A stretch of DNA of 64,000 bases, from the IMG/VR virus record IMGVR_UViG_3300042508_000428; one strand, 5' to 3'. Below, piece after piece: positions 10,443 through 20,132 of the stretch; position 1 is the first letter of the stretch, and each line of letters begins with the position of its first letter. Below the pieces are notes generated by a model. The model had not been told where the DNA came from and did no database searches. It saw only the letters and a list, made by a program, of their open reading frames with translations. The position numbers and the translations under genes were made by a program. This DNA is from a virus.

Positions 10443-10770
10443 AAAACTATCAGAAAATTACCAGAAAAGAATTGTTGTTAATCTCTCTGAATATGAATAC
10501 GGAGAGTTTATGGCAAATCTTAAATATGAAAACGTTAATCATCCCGCTAAATTAGTTCGCTTCTTCATAGAACTTTATTTAGCGGGAGACAAAGACGTTA
10601 GAAGTATTGTAGAAAGTTATAAACAAAAAAATAAAATTGCTGGTAGAGCAAAAAAAGATTATATTATTAAACAAGAGACGCTTGCCAAGAATACCGAAAA
10701 GTTATATAATCTAAGTGAAGATGACATAGATGATATTTATGATCTGCTTGACGAAGACTTTCCAGACTGA
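10432..10770 (+). CDS. Hypothetical protein
   Basis: Coupled ORF. Confidence 0.7.
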   Translation: MENKKLSENYQKRIVVNLSEYEYGEFMANLKYENVNHPAKLVRFFIELYLAGDKDVRSIVESYKQKNKIAGRAKKDYIIKQETLAKNTEKLYNLSEDDIDDIYDLLDEDFPD

Positions 10771-10776
10771 GGTATA

Positions 10777-11019
10777 ATGAATTGCGACGAAATCTGTGAG
10801 AAAACAAATACTCCCTGTGATATATCTGATTGTAGAAACTATATAGATTATAAAGATGATCTAAATTGTGTATTGGTTTGTACAAGAAAAAACGGACCTT
10901 TAACTCTTGAAGAAGTTTCTAAACGACTCGGAGTATCTTATGTTCGCATAAAGCAGATTGAAGAAAAGGCAATGTCAAAGATAAAATCAAATGTGCGAAA
11001 TTGTGATGAGGTCATTTAG
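10777..11019 (+). CDS. Stand-alone sigma-70 region 4 HTH protein with Cys-rich N-terminus
   Basis: PLTLEEVSKRLGVSYVRIKQIEEKAMSKIK matches the sigma region 4.2 pattern. Confidence 0.8.
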   Translation: MNCDEICEKTNTPCDISDCRNYIDYKDDLNCVLVCTRKNGPLTLEEVSKRLGVSYVRIKQIEEKAMSKIKSNVRNCDEVI

Positions 11020-11029
11020 TTTTTTCGAT

Positions 11030-11037
11030 ACTATTTA
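11030..11037 (+). promoter_or_regulatory. ACTATTTA putative late promoter element
   Basis: Intergenic, upstream of 11064 ORF. Confidence 0.65.
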
Positions 11038-11063
11038 TTATGATTTCTTAAGGAGAAACTATA

Positions 11064-12002
11064 ATGGCGAAACGTAAAGATTTACTTTTAACAGAATCAA
11101 CAACAATGAGAATGATGGGACTTGCTGGTATTGGTTCCCTAGCAAATCCGTTTTTGAGAGAAGGCGCGAATGTAGATACAGCAGAGGATCCAAATAGTGT
11201 TGACTTTGATATGGACGACATGGGTGACATGGATGACATGGGCGATGTTGACATGATGGAAGAAGGTGAAGAGCTAGATGAAATGTATGGCGAAGAAGAC
11301 TCAATGATGGAAGAATCATACGAAGAAGAGATGGAAGAAAATCTCTATGAAGGCGAAGAAGACCTAGAAGAAGCAAAGAAAAAACCACATGGCGATGGTG
11401 ATGATAGTGATGATTATGAAGAAGACGAAGATCTAGAAGAAGCAAAGAAAAAAGAAAAATGCCCACACTGCCATAAAATCCACGAAGGAGATTGTGGGGC
11501 GATGAAGGAAAGTATTCGTAGAAGCATGAGTAGATTAAAGAGACTTCTAGAACAAGCAGAAACCGATGCGCCACCACCACCAGCAGCAGAACCACCACCA
11601 GCAATGGAAGGTGGAGATCAAATGGAAGCAAAGATTAAAGAGTTCGTAAAGAAACTTGGTGAATTAGTACAAGAAACACTAGGCGTGGAAGTTAAGGTTG
11701 AGGAAGAAGGTGAAGAAGAAATGGAGCCAGCAGAAGGCGGAGAGGGCGAAGAACCAGCAGGCGCATCACCTCCACCACCAGCCGCTCTACAAGAGGCAAT
11801 TGACCGCCTAGTTAATAAAGTTGCTCTCAGAGTTAAGGCTCGTTTAATGGAAGCAAAGAAAGATCCAAAAGCTGCAGCAAAAGCTAAGAAAATGATGAAA
11901 GAAAAGCAAATGGCTGCAAAGAAAAAAGAGAAAGAAGAAGCTGCCAAGAAAAAAGAAATGATGATGAAGAAAAAGAAAGCAGCAATGGCTAAGAAGAAAT
12001 AA
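11064..12002 (+). CDS. Acidic/Pro-rich protein with Lys-rich tail, possible head scaffold/core protein
   Basis: AAGGAG RBS; internal repeats EEDLEEAKKK and DMDDMG; many L/M-x-E sites. Confidence 0.6.
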   Translation: MAKRKDLLLTESTTMRMMGLAGIGSLANPFLREGANVDTAEDPNSVDFDMDDMGDMDDMGDVDMMEEGEELDEMYGEEDSMMEESYEEEMEENLYEGEEDLEEAKKKPHGDGDDSDDYEEDEDLEEAKKKEKCPHCHKIHEGDCGAMKESIRRSMSRLKRLLEQAETDAPPPPAAEPPPAMEGGDQMEAKIKEFVKKLGELVQETLGVEVKVEEEGEEEMEPAEGGEGEEPAGASPPPPAALQEAIDRLVNKVALRVKARLMEAKKDPKAAAKAKKMMKEKQMAAKKKEKEEAAKKKEMMMKKKKAAMAKKK

Positions 12003-12030
12003 GCAGGTAAGCAATCTCCAAGAAATCAAG

Positions 12031-12066
12031 TGAAGCCCAGCCTAAAAACTGGGCTTCATCTTTATT
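12031..12066 (+). terminator. Intrinsic terminator
   Basis: TGAAGCCCAG-N8-CTGGGCTTCA followed by TCTTTATT. Confidence 0.75.
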
Positions 12067-12095
12067 AAGAACCTAATTACTCCAGAGGTAAAACA

Positions 12096-13397
12096 ATGAA
12101 TCTTGAGAAGTTAATTGAAAAACATTTCGCTCCAAAAAAAGGAAACGAATTGTTAATTGAAATGATTGAATCAAAATTGAATGAGCAAGCATTTGGTCCA
12201 ATTTATTCAAAATCAAGAATAAATCTATTATCAGGAGATCCAGATACAGAAGCATATAGAGAATTGCAATCATTATTCTCCGGATTGTTTAAAGGTCAAG
12301 GTGAGTTATTATCTGATCGTTTATCAACCGTTAATAGTTTCTTAACCGCTGACAAAGCACAGGTAAAGAGTTTTCCAATTAATGTTGCGTTTTCATCGAT
12401 ATTGTTAATTCAAGAACTTAAAGAAGCGCTTGAAAAACTAGAGGCAAGTTCTGCCGGTTTCCAAATGGAAACAATTATTGCACAAATCATTCAAGGTTCA
12501 AAATTAGCAAATAACTCAATTGTTGACGTTATTAAAGTTCAAAAGTCTTCCGGCGGAGAAGAATTTGTGAGAGATTATTCAATAAAAACTTTATCAGCAA
12601 CCAGTTTAAAAATCAAAGGTAGTTTTTTAAATCTCTGTAAGAAATTTGCTAATCTTGATAGAAACGAAGAATATGAGTATTTAATTATCACAAAAGATGT
12701 TAAAAATGGTATTTATAGATTTTATGAATGGGTCTTACCATATGAAAACTTTTTTACGCAAATAACTTATCCAAAAGGTTTTCTTGAGGCTGGTGGAAAC
12801 AATGGTAATTTTATTTTTAAAGATGGCGTAGATTTAAATGCAATTAACAAATTAATACAGAAAGAAGGACTAAGTCTAAAGATTTCTTCGAATCAAAATG
12901 TTTATTATTTACACTTCCCGGTTTTAACAGAAAGAGAATCTGATGCTATTTTGAGCAGAATACAATCAGGATATGAGAACAACACTTACAGAAATGCCGG
13001 AGAGGCAATGGTCGATAGGTTTAGGAATCTACAATTTATAGAAGACAACAAAGACTTATTTACAAATGCTGATTCTTTTTCACTAGAAACTCAATTTAGT
13101 ATATCAAAAGGTGTTATCGATGCAAACATAAAAGGATCCGAAGCTTTAATAGGAGAATTTAATTTATCAGACGAAAGATTGCAACAAATTTCAAATGAGT
13201 ATCAAAAAACTCTTGTTGGTAAAATGAATCAAATTCTTAAGGACAACCAAGAAGTGCTATCAAGCATGAACTCATATTTTTCAACAATGAATAAAGAAAG
13301 CGCAGAAAATACATTTCAAGCGATGACAAAGGTTAGAAAAGGATTTAGACAATTCACAACCAAAGCAACACCTGGAGTATCTGACTCGGAAGGATAA
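12096..13397 (+). CDS. Hypothetical protein (late-type, AT-rich)
   Basis: GAGG RBS, 433 aa ORF. Confidence 0.75.
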   Translation: MNLEKLIEKHFAPKKGNELLIEMIESKLNEQAFGPIYSKSRINLLSGDPDTEAYRELQSLFSGLFKGQGELLSDRLSTVNSFLTADKAQVKSFPINVAFSSILLIQELKEALEKLEASSAGFQMETIIAQIIQGSKLANNSIVDVIKVQKSSGGEEFVRDYSIKTLSATSLKIKGSFLNLCKKFANLDRNEEYEYLIITKDVKNGIYRFYEWVLPYENFFTQITYPKGFLEAGGNNGNFIFKDGVDLNAINKLIQKEGLSLKISSNQNVYYLHFPVLTERESDAILSRIQSGYENNTYRNAGEAMVDRFRNLQFIEDNKDLFTNADSFSLETQFSISKGVIDANIKGSEALIGEFNLSDERLQQISNEYQKTLVGKMNQILKDNQEVLSSMNSYFSTMNKESAENTFQAMTKVRKGFRQFTTKATPGVSDSEG

Positions 13398-13400
13398 ATA

Positions 13401-13931
13401 ATGAAAAAAAAGATCTTGACAAAACCATTTGGTCATGTTAGCATAGGTTCGAAGCATTATGTTGTGGAAGTTGCTATGGATGATCAATCTCGTCACAAAG
13501 GACTTTCCAAGAGACATAATCTTGACGAAGGACTCGGCATGTTATTTGATATGCCAAAGGAAGATGTTCATTCTTTCCAAATGAAAGAAACATACATACC
13601 GCTTGATATGGTATTTATTGGAAAATACGGACAGATTGTTGATTACATACCAAATGTTCAACCACTCACCGCTGGACCATATTCCCCAAAAGAGAAGTGT
13701 AAGTTTGTTTTGGAAGTTAGAGGGAACGATTTAAAGGACGAAATAAAAGAAAAAGCTCTTGCAAAAATGAGATTCTTTGATACAATGGAGAAGGCTCAAG
13801 CATACAGAGATAAAAGAATGCTTCAAGAGCAGTTAATACATTACTTAAATGAGGCGATTAATGGCGAAGGCATACGAAGGAAACAAGATTCTTCAAGAAA
13901 AAGTTCTAAACGGAGTGGAAAAACTCTCTAA
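13401..13931 (+). CDS. DUF192-family protein
   Basis: VEVA..R.KGL..R..L....GMLF....FQMKETYIPLDMVFI pattern. Confidence 0.85.
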   Translation: MKKKILTKPFGHVSIGSKHYVVEVAMDDQSRHKGLSKRHNLDEGLGMLFDMPKEDVHSFQMKETYIPLDMVFIGKYGQIVDYIPNVQPLTAGPYSPKEKCKFVLEVRGNDLKDEIKEKALAKMRFFDTMEKAQAYRDKRMLQEQLIHYLNEAINGEGIRRKQDSSRKSSKRSGKTL

Positions 13932-15429
13932 CATTGTAAGTTCTACCCTTGGACCTGGTGGTAGAAATGTAATCCTACAACAAAAAGATAAAAGACCAAT
14001 CATTACAAAGGACGGAGTAACCGTTGCTCGTTTTGTTGATTTTGAAGATCCATTTGAAAATGTTGGAGCACAGATTCTCAAGCAAGTCTCGGCTCTTACT
14101 GCTCACGAAGCAGGTGACGGAACAACTACTAGTACCCTCCTAGCACATAGAATGCTTAAAGAATCTCAAAGATTTATTTCTGCTGGAGTTTCTCCAACTG
14201 AAATGAGAAGAGGAATGGAAAGAGCATCAAAGGATGTTATTGAGTTTGTTCAGTCAAAAGCAAAAACTATTCAGTCAATCGAAGATATTGAGAACATTGC
14301 GACAGTTTCGGCCAATAACGATCCAGTTATTGGTAAGTTGATTGCCAAGGCAGTTGATCTGGCGGGAAAGAACGGAGCAATAACAATTGAAGATTCAAGA
14401 TCTTACGAGACAGAACTTGATCTGACAGAAGGGTTTATCTTTGAATCCGGTTATCTATCTCCTCAATTCATTACTGACGAGATGAGGAAGGTTGCAAAGC
14501 ATAATGATTGTCTTGTCTTTATTACAGACTGGAAACTGGAACATGTTGAACCAATCCTCCCAGTGTTAGAGTTGGCATCAAGAGAAAAGAAACCATTAGT
14601 AATTGTTGCTGATGATATTGAAGGTCAATTGCTTGCTGCACTTATTGTTAATGCTGTTCGTAATTCAATGAAAGTTGTTGCTGTAAAAGCCCCTTACTAT
14701 GGAGAAGAGAGAAGAAATGTTCTGGCTGATCTTGCTGTTGCTACTGGTGGTAAGTTCTTTACTCGCGAGTCTGGTTTGGATTTCAGTTCCTTTACTCTCG
14801 CGGATTTTGGACGTTGTAAAGGAGTCGAGATTGGAAAGTCTCAGACAGCAATCATCGGCGGAAAAGGATCCGCTGAAGCAATTGATAATCGTTCAGAAGA
14901 ACTAAAACAACTAATCAAAGAAACAAATGATCTTGAGGAATGTAAGAGAATTCAAGATCGTGTTACTAGACTAGCAAGTGGAGTCGTTTCAATTAGAGTC
15001 GGTGGTTCAAGCGAAGTAGAGGTGATTGAGAAGAAACATCGCATTGAAGACGCCTTAGAGGCGGTTAGATCCGCCCAACTAGCGGGAACCCACCCAGGGG
15101 GAGGTGTAACGCTTCTACGAGCTTCTAGAACCCTTAAGGCCCCAAAGTTACCACAAGATCAAGTTGACGGATATAACATTGTTATTAGATCCTTATCTGC
15201 TCCGTTTGAAAAGATCTGCGAGAATCTTGACCTTGTTCCACAAACTTTGGCAGAACGAGTCACCAAGTCAAAGGATGGATATGGACTTGACGTAAAGACC
15301 CTGAGGGTGGTAGACTTGTATGAGGCAGGCGTGATAGATCCTGTTCGTGTGACAACTTCTGCGGTCAAGAATTCTGTATCAGTTGTTTCTACTTTGATTA
15401 CAACAAACAACGCAATCGTGGAGGTTTAA
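13861..15429 (+). CDS. groEL: Phage chaperonin GroEL homologue
   Basis: TLGPGGRNV, ITKDGVTVA, GDGTTT, GGGVTLL, GVIDP motifs; no GGM tail; no groES in window. Confidence 0.97.
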   Translation: MAKAYEGNKILQEKVLNGVEKLSNIVSSTLGPGGRNVILQQKDKRPIITKDGVTVARFVDFEDPFENVGAQILKQVSALTAHEAGDGTTTSTLLAHRMLKESQRFISAGVSPTEMRRGMERASKDVIEFVQSKAKTIQSIEDIENIATVSANNDPVIGKLIAKAVDLAGKNGAITIEDSRSYETELDLTEGFIFESGYLSPQFITDEMRKVAKHNDCLVFITDWKLEHVEPILPVLELASREKKPLVIVADDIEGQLLAALIVNAVRNSMKVVAVKAPYYGEERRNVLADLAVATGGKFFTRESGLDFSSFTLADFGRCKGVEIGKSQTAIIGGKGSAEAIDNRSEELKQLIKETNDLEECKRIQDRVTRLASGVVSIRVGGSSEVEVIEKKHRIEDALEAVRSAQLAGTHPGGGVTLLRASRTLKAPKLPQDQVDGYNIVIRSLSAPFEKICENLDLVPQTLAERVTKSKDGYGLDVKTLRVVDLYEAGVIDPVRVTTSAVKNSVSVVSTLITTNNAIVEV

Positions 15430-15430
15430 A

Positions 15431-15838
15431 ATGTTGGCATATTATACGAGCTTGGTAAAGAAAGAGGATTTAGTAAGAAGATTATCAAATGATGGCAAAG
15501 AACTATCCAGTATGTCTAATGATCTTGTTTGCCTTGTAAAGGAATTTGTAAATTCTTGTGATACTAGAGATTTAGAAAATGCTCAAAAATTAATTTTAGA
15601 AGCAGAAGAATTATCAAAAGTAGTATCTACGATGACTTCAAATTTAAAATCTAACTACGAATCTTACTTGTTTTCTTTGTTGCCACAAAGGACAGTGGAA
15701 GAGGAAAAAGAAACAGAAGAAAAGCAAGAAAATGTTTCAAGTCAAACACCCGATACAAAACAACTTACAACTCTATTAGAAGCTATGAAATCTCTTAAAG
15801 AAATGAAGGACTCTCTTGGTGAAAACAAAAAAGTATAA
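15431..15838 (+). CDS. Hypothetical protein
   Basis: Coupled ORF. Confidence 0.65.
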   Translation: MLAYYTSLVKKEDLVRRLSNDGKELSSMSNDLVCLVKEFVNSCDTRDLENAQKLILEAEELSKVVSTMTSNLKSNYESYLFSLLPQRTVEEEKETEEKQENVSSQTPDTKQLTTLLEAMKSLKEMKDSLGENKKV

Positions 15839-16145
15839 ATTAGATAAAGATATATTACAAGAAGTTTATGCTGTACTTAAAAATTGTTCAATAAAAGCAA
15901 AGTTTGTCAAGGCTCATATTGTTATGGAGTCTCCATTCGAATCATATTATTATGATCTATTGAGTCTTTACTATAATTCTATCTTTAACTACATGCATGA
16001 GATAGAAAAACTAATTCTTCAAGAGGGAAAATACTATTTAATTTCTCAAGAGTTGATGGATAAACTGAATAACTATAAAAAGATTATCACAAGCATCGAG
16101 GAGGAGATAAATAGTTCTCCAAAGTATAGTTTAAGGATTCATTAA
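15816..16145 (+). CDS. Hypothetical protein
   Basis: Coupled ORF. Confidence 0.65.
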   Translation: MVKTKKYKLDKDILQEVYAVLKNCSIKAKFVKAHIVMESPFESYYYDLLSLYYNSIFNYMHEIEKLILQEGKYYLISQELMDKLNNYKKIITSIEEEINSSPKYSLRIH

Positions 16146-16495
16146 TGAACTATAACTTAATTCTATTTGGTCTATTGCTTGGTACAATAGGCCATTCGAT
16201 CTCTTGGTTTGCTATGAACTCCCAGTTTTTGTGGGAGTTCTGGAGCACAAGACCATTCTTAACAGCAGTTTTATTTGGTATACCGTCTAATGTTGTGTTT
16301 TGGTTTGCTTCAAAGTCCATTCGAGAAGGAATGGCGGACCCTTGGCAGGTTAGATGGTTATTGTTTGCCATGAGTTTCCCGCCAATGTTTGTTTTAACAA
16401 CCACGATGTTTGGAGATTCATTTCTTAATATAAAGAATCTCCTAACTCTATTTTTTGCTATCTGTATTATATTAACTCAATTCTATCACAGGTGA
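16145..16495 (+). CDS. Small multi-pass membrane protein
   Basis: About 4 hydrophobic helices. Confidence 0.7.
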   Translation: MNYNLILFGLLLGTIGHSISWFAMNSQFLWEFWSTRPFLTAVLFGIPSNVVFWFASKSIREGMADPWQVRWLLFAMSFPPMFVLTTTMFGDSFLNIKNLLTLFFAICIILTQFYHR

Positions 16496-16498
16496 AAA

Positions 16499-17239
16499 AT
16501 GTTTAGATTTTTATTTGCTCTTAGTCTTTTGATTCCAAATTTTGGATATGCTTATGAATGTAATGAGGAAATAGATAGGTTAGCAAGAGAATATGAAATT
16601 AAAATAATTTGCAAAGAACAATCTATTGCAGATTATAATACGGAAATTACATTTAAAGAAGCAAATGATGAGATGATAAATAAATCAAGTAATCCAGTTA
16701 AATTATTTCTTTTAAGATATGACAAATCCTTTATCAAAGAAAAAATAAAGTCTTTAAATTTATTTAATAAAATAACTTTTCGAGGTTCTCGGGCAGGCGG
16801 TCTTCATCATGCAGGACACGTATGGTTAACAATTGGAAATTATCCTGAAGAAAAAATACCAATTATATATCAAGAGATTCTTCATCATGAATTTTCCAGC
16901 GTTATATATAAACAACCAAGTCTTTTTGATAAAACATTAATTTGGAAAAAAATTAGTCCAGGTTACGAGTATTCACTACAATTTTTAAAAAAATGTTTAG
17001 ATAATATAAACTTTGGTAATGCAAGTAATGATGAAATATTATATAAAGGTTATCTTTTAAACTATTCAACGACCGATGATGAAAATGATTTTAATGTTTA
17101 TGCGGAACACTTATTCATGCATCCAGATTTACTTAAAATATATTATCAAAAATACCCATTGGTTGCAAAAAAAGCAAGATTATTTAAACAAATGTATCGA
17201 GACGCAGGGTTTAAAGGAAAATTTCCAGACGAGACTTGA
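16499..17239 (+). CDS. Secreted putative zinc metallopeptidase-like protein
   Basis: Signal peptide (..NFGYA), EILHHEFSS and ENDFNVYAE motifs; very AT-rich. Confidence 0.55.
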   Translation: MFRFLFALSLLIPNFGYAYECNEEIDRLAREYEIKIICKEQSIADYNTEITFKEANDEMINKSSNPVKLFLLRYDKSFIKEKIKSLNLFNKITFRGSRAGGLHHAGHVWLTIGNYPEEKIPIIYQEILHHEFSSVIYKQPSLFDKTLIWKKISPGYEYSLQFLKKCLDNINFGNASNDEILYKGYLLNYSTTDDENDFNVYAEHLFMHPDLLKIYYQKYPLVAKKARLFKQMYRDAGFKGKFPDET

Positions 17240-17264
17240 CAGAGTACTACCACCATCCTACTAT
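17236..17264 (+). promoter_or_regulatory. sigma70-type promoter of Hsp20 gene
   Basis: TTGACA-N17-TACTAT. Confidence 0.65.
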
Positions 17265-17309
17265 ACCACCACTACCCCCTAGAGGGATATAACAAATGGA
17301 GGAAAAAGA

Positions 17310-17663
17310 ATGTATTACACTTACGATATTGTAGATAAAGCACTTGATCAACTCTTTGATCAGAGTCTGCCAGTCCAAAACAAGATTGCATTTGTTGATC
17401 AAAAGGACCACTACTCCCTTACTACACCCCTGCCGGGTGCTAAGAGAGAGGATGTGAAAGTTATTGTAACTGGAAATCAACTAGAAATTTCCTACAACCC
17501 AAGTCAGAAGAACATTTATGCTCCGTCATTTTCTAAGTATTGGAAACTAAATGAAGTTGATTTTGATTCCATTACAGCAGATCTAAAAGACGGATTGCTA
17601 ACTGTTGTTGTTCCAAAGCAAAAATCTCAAAAGCAGGGAACTAGAACTATCGCAGTGAATTAA
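17310..17663 (+). CDS. Small heat-shock protein (Hsp20/alpha-crystallin)
   Basis: LPGAKREDVKV, FSKYWKL, ITADLKDGLLTVVVPK. Confidence 0.92.
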   Translation: MYYTYDIVDKALDQLFDQSLPVQNKIAFVDQKDHYSLTTPLPGAKREDVKVIVTGNQLEISYNPSQKNIYAPSFSKYWKLNEVDFDSITADLKDGLLTVVVPKQKSQKQGTRTIAVN

Positions 17664-17723
17664 CAAAAACAACACTATACTTATAGTAGAGGAGGGAAGG
17701 GAAGTTAACAACTTCCCTTCTGT

Positions 17724-18092
17724 ATGAAAATGAAAGGTTCAATTTGGGCGTATGTAAGAGATAAAGACAGTGTAGAGTATAGATTCCAGATTGACGGAAT
17801 TAAAAGAGGAGTTTATACTAAGGTAATTGATCCAGTCTTTAAAGATTGGAAAGAAGTTGGTTCTGGTGTAAACTACAAAAAAGCTACAGAGACTTTAATC
17901 TTTTCAAGATATTTTTCATCTGAGGATGAAGTAATCAAATGGGTGAAATCAACTATTGAGTTCCCAACCGTGTTCAATAGTTGCAGAGCAAGATGCACAG
18001 TTAAAGTCCTCGTAGCTGATAAAAACGAGGTCAAGAATGAAAAATCAACAACCAAAAGTAGGGCAGTTCGTAAGAGTAAAACTAGTTCGTAG
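17724..18092 (+). CDS. Hypothetical protein
   Basis: ORF; 11-bp hairpin at 17696-17720 just upstream. Confidence 0.65.
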   Translation: MKMKGSIWAYVRDKDSVEYRFQIDGIKRGVYTKVIDPVFKDWKEVGSGVNYKKATETLIFSRYFSSEDEVIKWVKSTIEFPTVFNSCRARCTVKVLVADKNEVKNEKSTTKSRAVRKSKTSS

Positions 18093-18464
18093 TATTCGCC
18101 CTCTTGAATTCAGGACTTTTACTTGTGAAGGTTTGGTCACTTCAATCCTGTTTGACGAGAACTTTGAGGTGTCGTACATTGAAGATGAGAAGCCGATCTC
18201 TCACTGGTTTCATGTGAACGACATTTCTGAATTAGAGGTATTATGATTAAGTGTGAAAATTGTATATATTTCAAAAGCGTAGTTCCTAATTCTGCACAAT
18301 GGGCTGGTAATTGCATTCGATATGCTCCAAGAGCAGGTGATATACAAAGTGGTGGATTTTGGCCATTTGTTTACTTTGACCAATCCTGTGGAGAATTTGT
18401 TTCTAAAGTTAATTCAAACGATTACATTTCCAATTATGAGTATGAAGATGAATGTTCAGAGTAA
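18037..18464 (+). other. Two small hypothetical ORFs (18037-18246; 18243-18464, Cys-containing)
   Basis: ORF track, ATGA coupling. Confidence 0.55.
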
Positions 18465-18966
18465 GTATGCAGAGTGGTCAGTTGATTTAATCAAAGAAGA
18501 TGTACAAAGAAACACCCTCCCGTATGCGTGTTTAATGTCGCATGTCGAGGGTGATTTCAATATGTCCACGGCGGTAAGAAATGCTAATGCATTTGGTTGC
18601 AAAGAACTATTTTACTTTGGACAAAAGCGATGGGACAAGAGGGGGTCGGTGGGTACACACCACTACTCCCTCGTATCTCATTTGAAGGATATTGATGCGA
18701 TTAAAGCATTAAAGTCCAAGTATAAATTTGTTGCGATTGAATGCAACATCGAAAGAAATTGTGTTTCTCTCTTTGATTATAAAATTGAACCGAATACCAT
18801 GTTTATCTTTGGCGAAGAGTCAAAGGGATTGAGCGACGAGATACTCGATCTCTGCGAAGATTATGTTTATATCCCAATGATTGGTTCAGTTAGAAGTCTC
18901 AATGTTGGTACAGCAAGCGGAATTTTGATGGCAGAAGCGATGAAATCGATTTCGCATACTATTTAG
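18448..18966 (+). CDS. SpoU/TrmH-family (SPOUT) RNA 2'-O-methyltransferase
   Basis: DFNMSTAVRNANAFG, FGEESKGLS, IPMIGSVRSLNV SPOUT motifs. Confidence 0.92.
   Translation: MNVQSKYAEWSVDLIKEDVQRNTLPYACLMSHVEGDFNMSTAVRNANAFGCKELFYFGQKRWDKRGSVGTHHYSLVSHLKDIDAIKALKSKYKFVAIECNIERNCVSLFDYKIEPNTMFIFGEESKGLSDEILDLCEDYVYIPMIGSVRSLNVGTASGILMAEAMKSISHTI
18958..18965 (+). promoter_or_regulatory. ACTATTTA putative late promoter element
   Basis: Directly upstream of the exonuclease gene. Confidence 0.6.
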
Positions 18967-18986
18967 TAATAGCAAGGAGATCGATA

Positions 18987-20060
18987 ATGTATCAAAAGTT
19001 ATTTGAGAATTGGAGAAACTACAAAAAAGTAATTAAAGAAGACGTAATGCGTTATTCTGAATATGGTTCCTCGTTTCAAGAAATGAGAGAACTTATCAAA
19101 GATGCATCAGATAAGACATGGATATTCTTTGATACAGAAACAACAGGTCTTTCTGCTGAAAAGGACTTCCACCAAGTTACTCAAATAGCAGCAATCGCTG
19201 TCGATGTTAAAAACTTTGATGAAGAACCAGAGATTCTAGAGAAATTTAATGTTAAGATCCAGTTGGGAGATAGAACCCGTGGTTTTATGGATTGGGATCG
19301 TAGTAAGAAAGCAGAGAAACGAGCCGCCGCCCGTGCTGCTGGGGTAGAGGTAGCCCCCGGCATTAAGCGTATAAGACAAGAACCAGAGAAGTTCAAAGGC
19401 ATTTCTGATATTTTCTCTATGACACAATATGGTGTATCAAGAGATCCAGAAAAGGCAAGAAGAAAAGCGTTCTTACAGGCAAGAGAAATGCCTGGAAAAG
19501 AAGATATCTCAATGGAAGATGTACCAGAGTCCGCTACATTTATGAGACTTGTTCCAGCACTAGAGCAATTCAACGAATTTCTAGATAGATATCCAGATAG
19601 AATTCTAGTTGCTCAAAATGCTCCATTCGATAATGGATTCTTAAATAACATGTATCAAAGAATTGGAGAAGTTCCGCCTGATGACATTGTTGTTGACACA
19701 GTTATGATTTTCAGAAAGTTCTTAACCCCTGCACTAAAAATGTTTAAGGCGACCAGAGAAGCAGGAGAAGAACTAAGTCCAGAAGATTCAAAGATTCTCG
19801 ATGCTCTAACCTCAGATAAGGGTAAACTAACTGTATCCTTAGGAAAGATTATTAAGGCATTTGACGTAGAAAACAAGGGCTGGCATGATGCTCTTGCCGA
19901 TGTGACAATGCTTTTGGATGTTCTAAAAGCAGTTATTAACTTCTTGGATGTTCGCACTGACCTATCTTCATTAGAACCAGAGCCAGAACCAAAACCAAGA
20001 GAGAAGAAAGTTAGTAGTCAATTAAACTTACCAGAACCAAAACCATCTGATATTGGTTAG
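18987..20060 (+). CDS. DEDDh (DnaQ-like) 3'-5' exonuclease with N-terminal W-tag
   Basis: FFDTETTGLS (Exo I), AQNAPFD (Exo II), WHDALADV (Exo III). Confidence 0.9.
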   Translation: MYQKLFENWRNYKKVIKEDVMRYSEYGSSFQEMRELIKDASDKTWIFFDTETTGLSAEKDFHQVTQIAAIAVDVKNFDEEPEILEKFNVKIQLGDRTRGFMDWDRSKKAEKRAAARAAGVEVAPGIKRIRQEPEKFKGISDIFSMTQYGVSRDPEKARRKAFLQAREMPGKEDISMEDVPESATFMRLVPALEQFNEFLDRYPDRILVAQNAPFDNGFLNNMYQRIGEVPPDDIVVDTVMIFRKFLTPALKMFKATREAGEELSPEDSKILDALTSDKGKLTVSLGKIIKAFDVENKGWHDALADVTMLLDVLKAVINFLDVRTDLSSLEPEPEPKPREKKVSSQLNLPEPKPSDIG

Positions 20061-20073
20061 TTTTTAATACGAC

Positions 20074-20132
20074 TTGACAGAAATCTTCCACTCCTGTAGA
20101 CTGTAGGGACATTGACAGCGGGAGTGGAAGAT
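20074..20132 (+). promoter_or_regulatory. sigma70-type promoter with 14-bp inverted repeat covering downstream RBS and start codon
   Basis: TTGACA-N17-TAGACT; ATCTTCCACTCCTG / CGGGAGTGGAAGAT. Confidence 0.75.
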
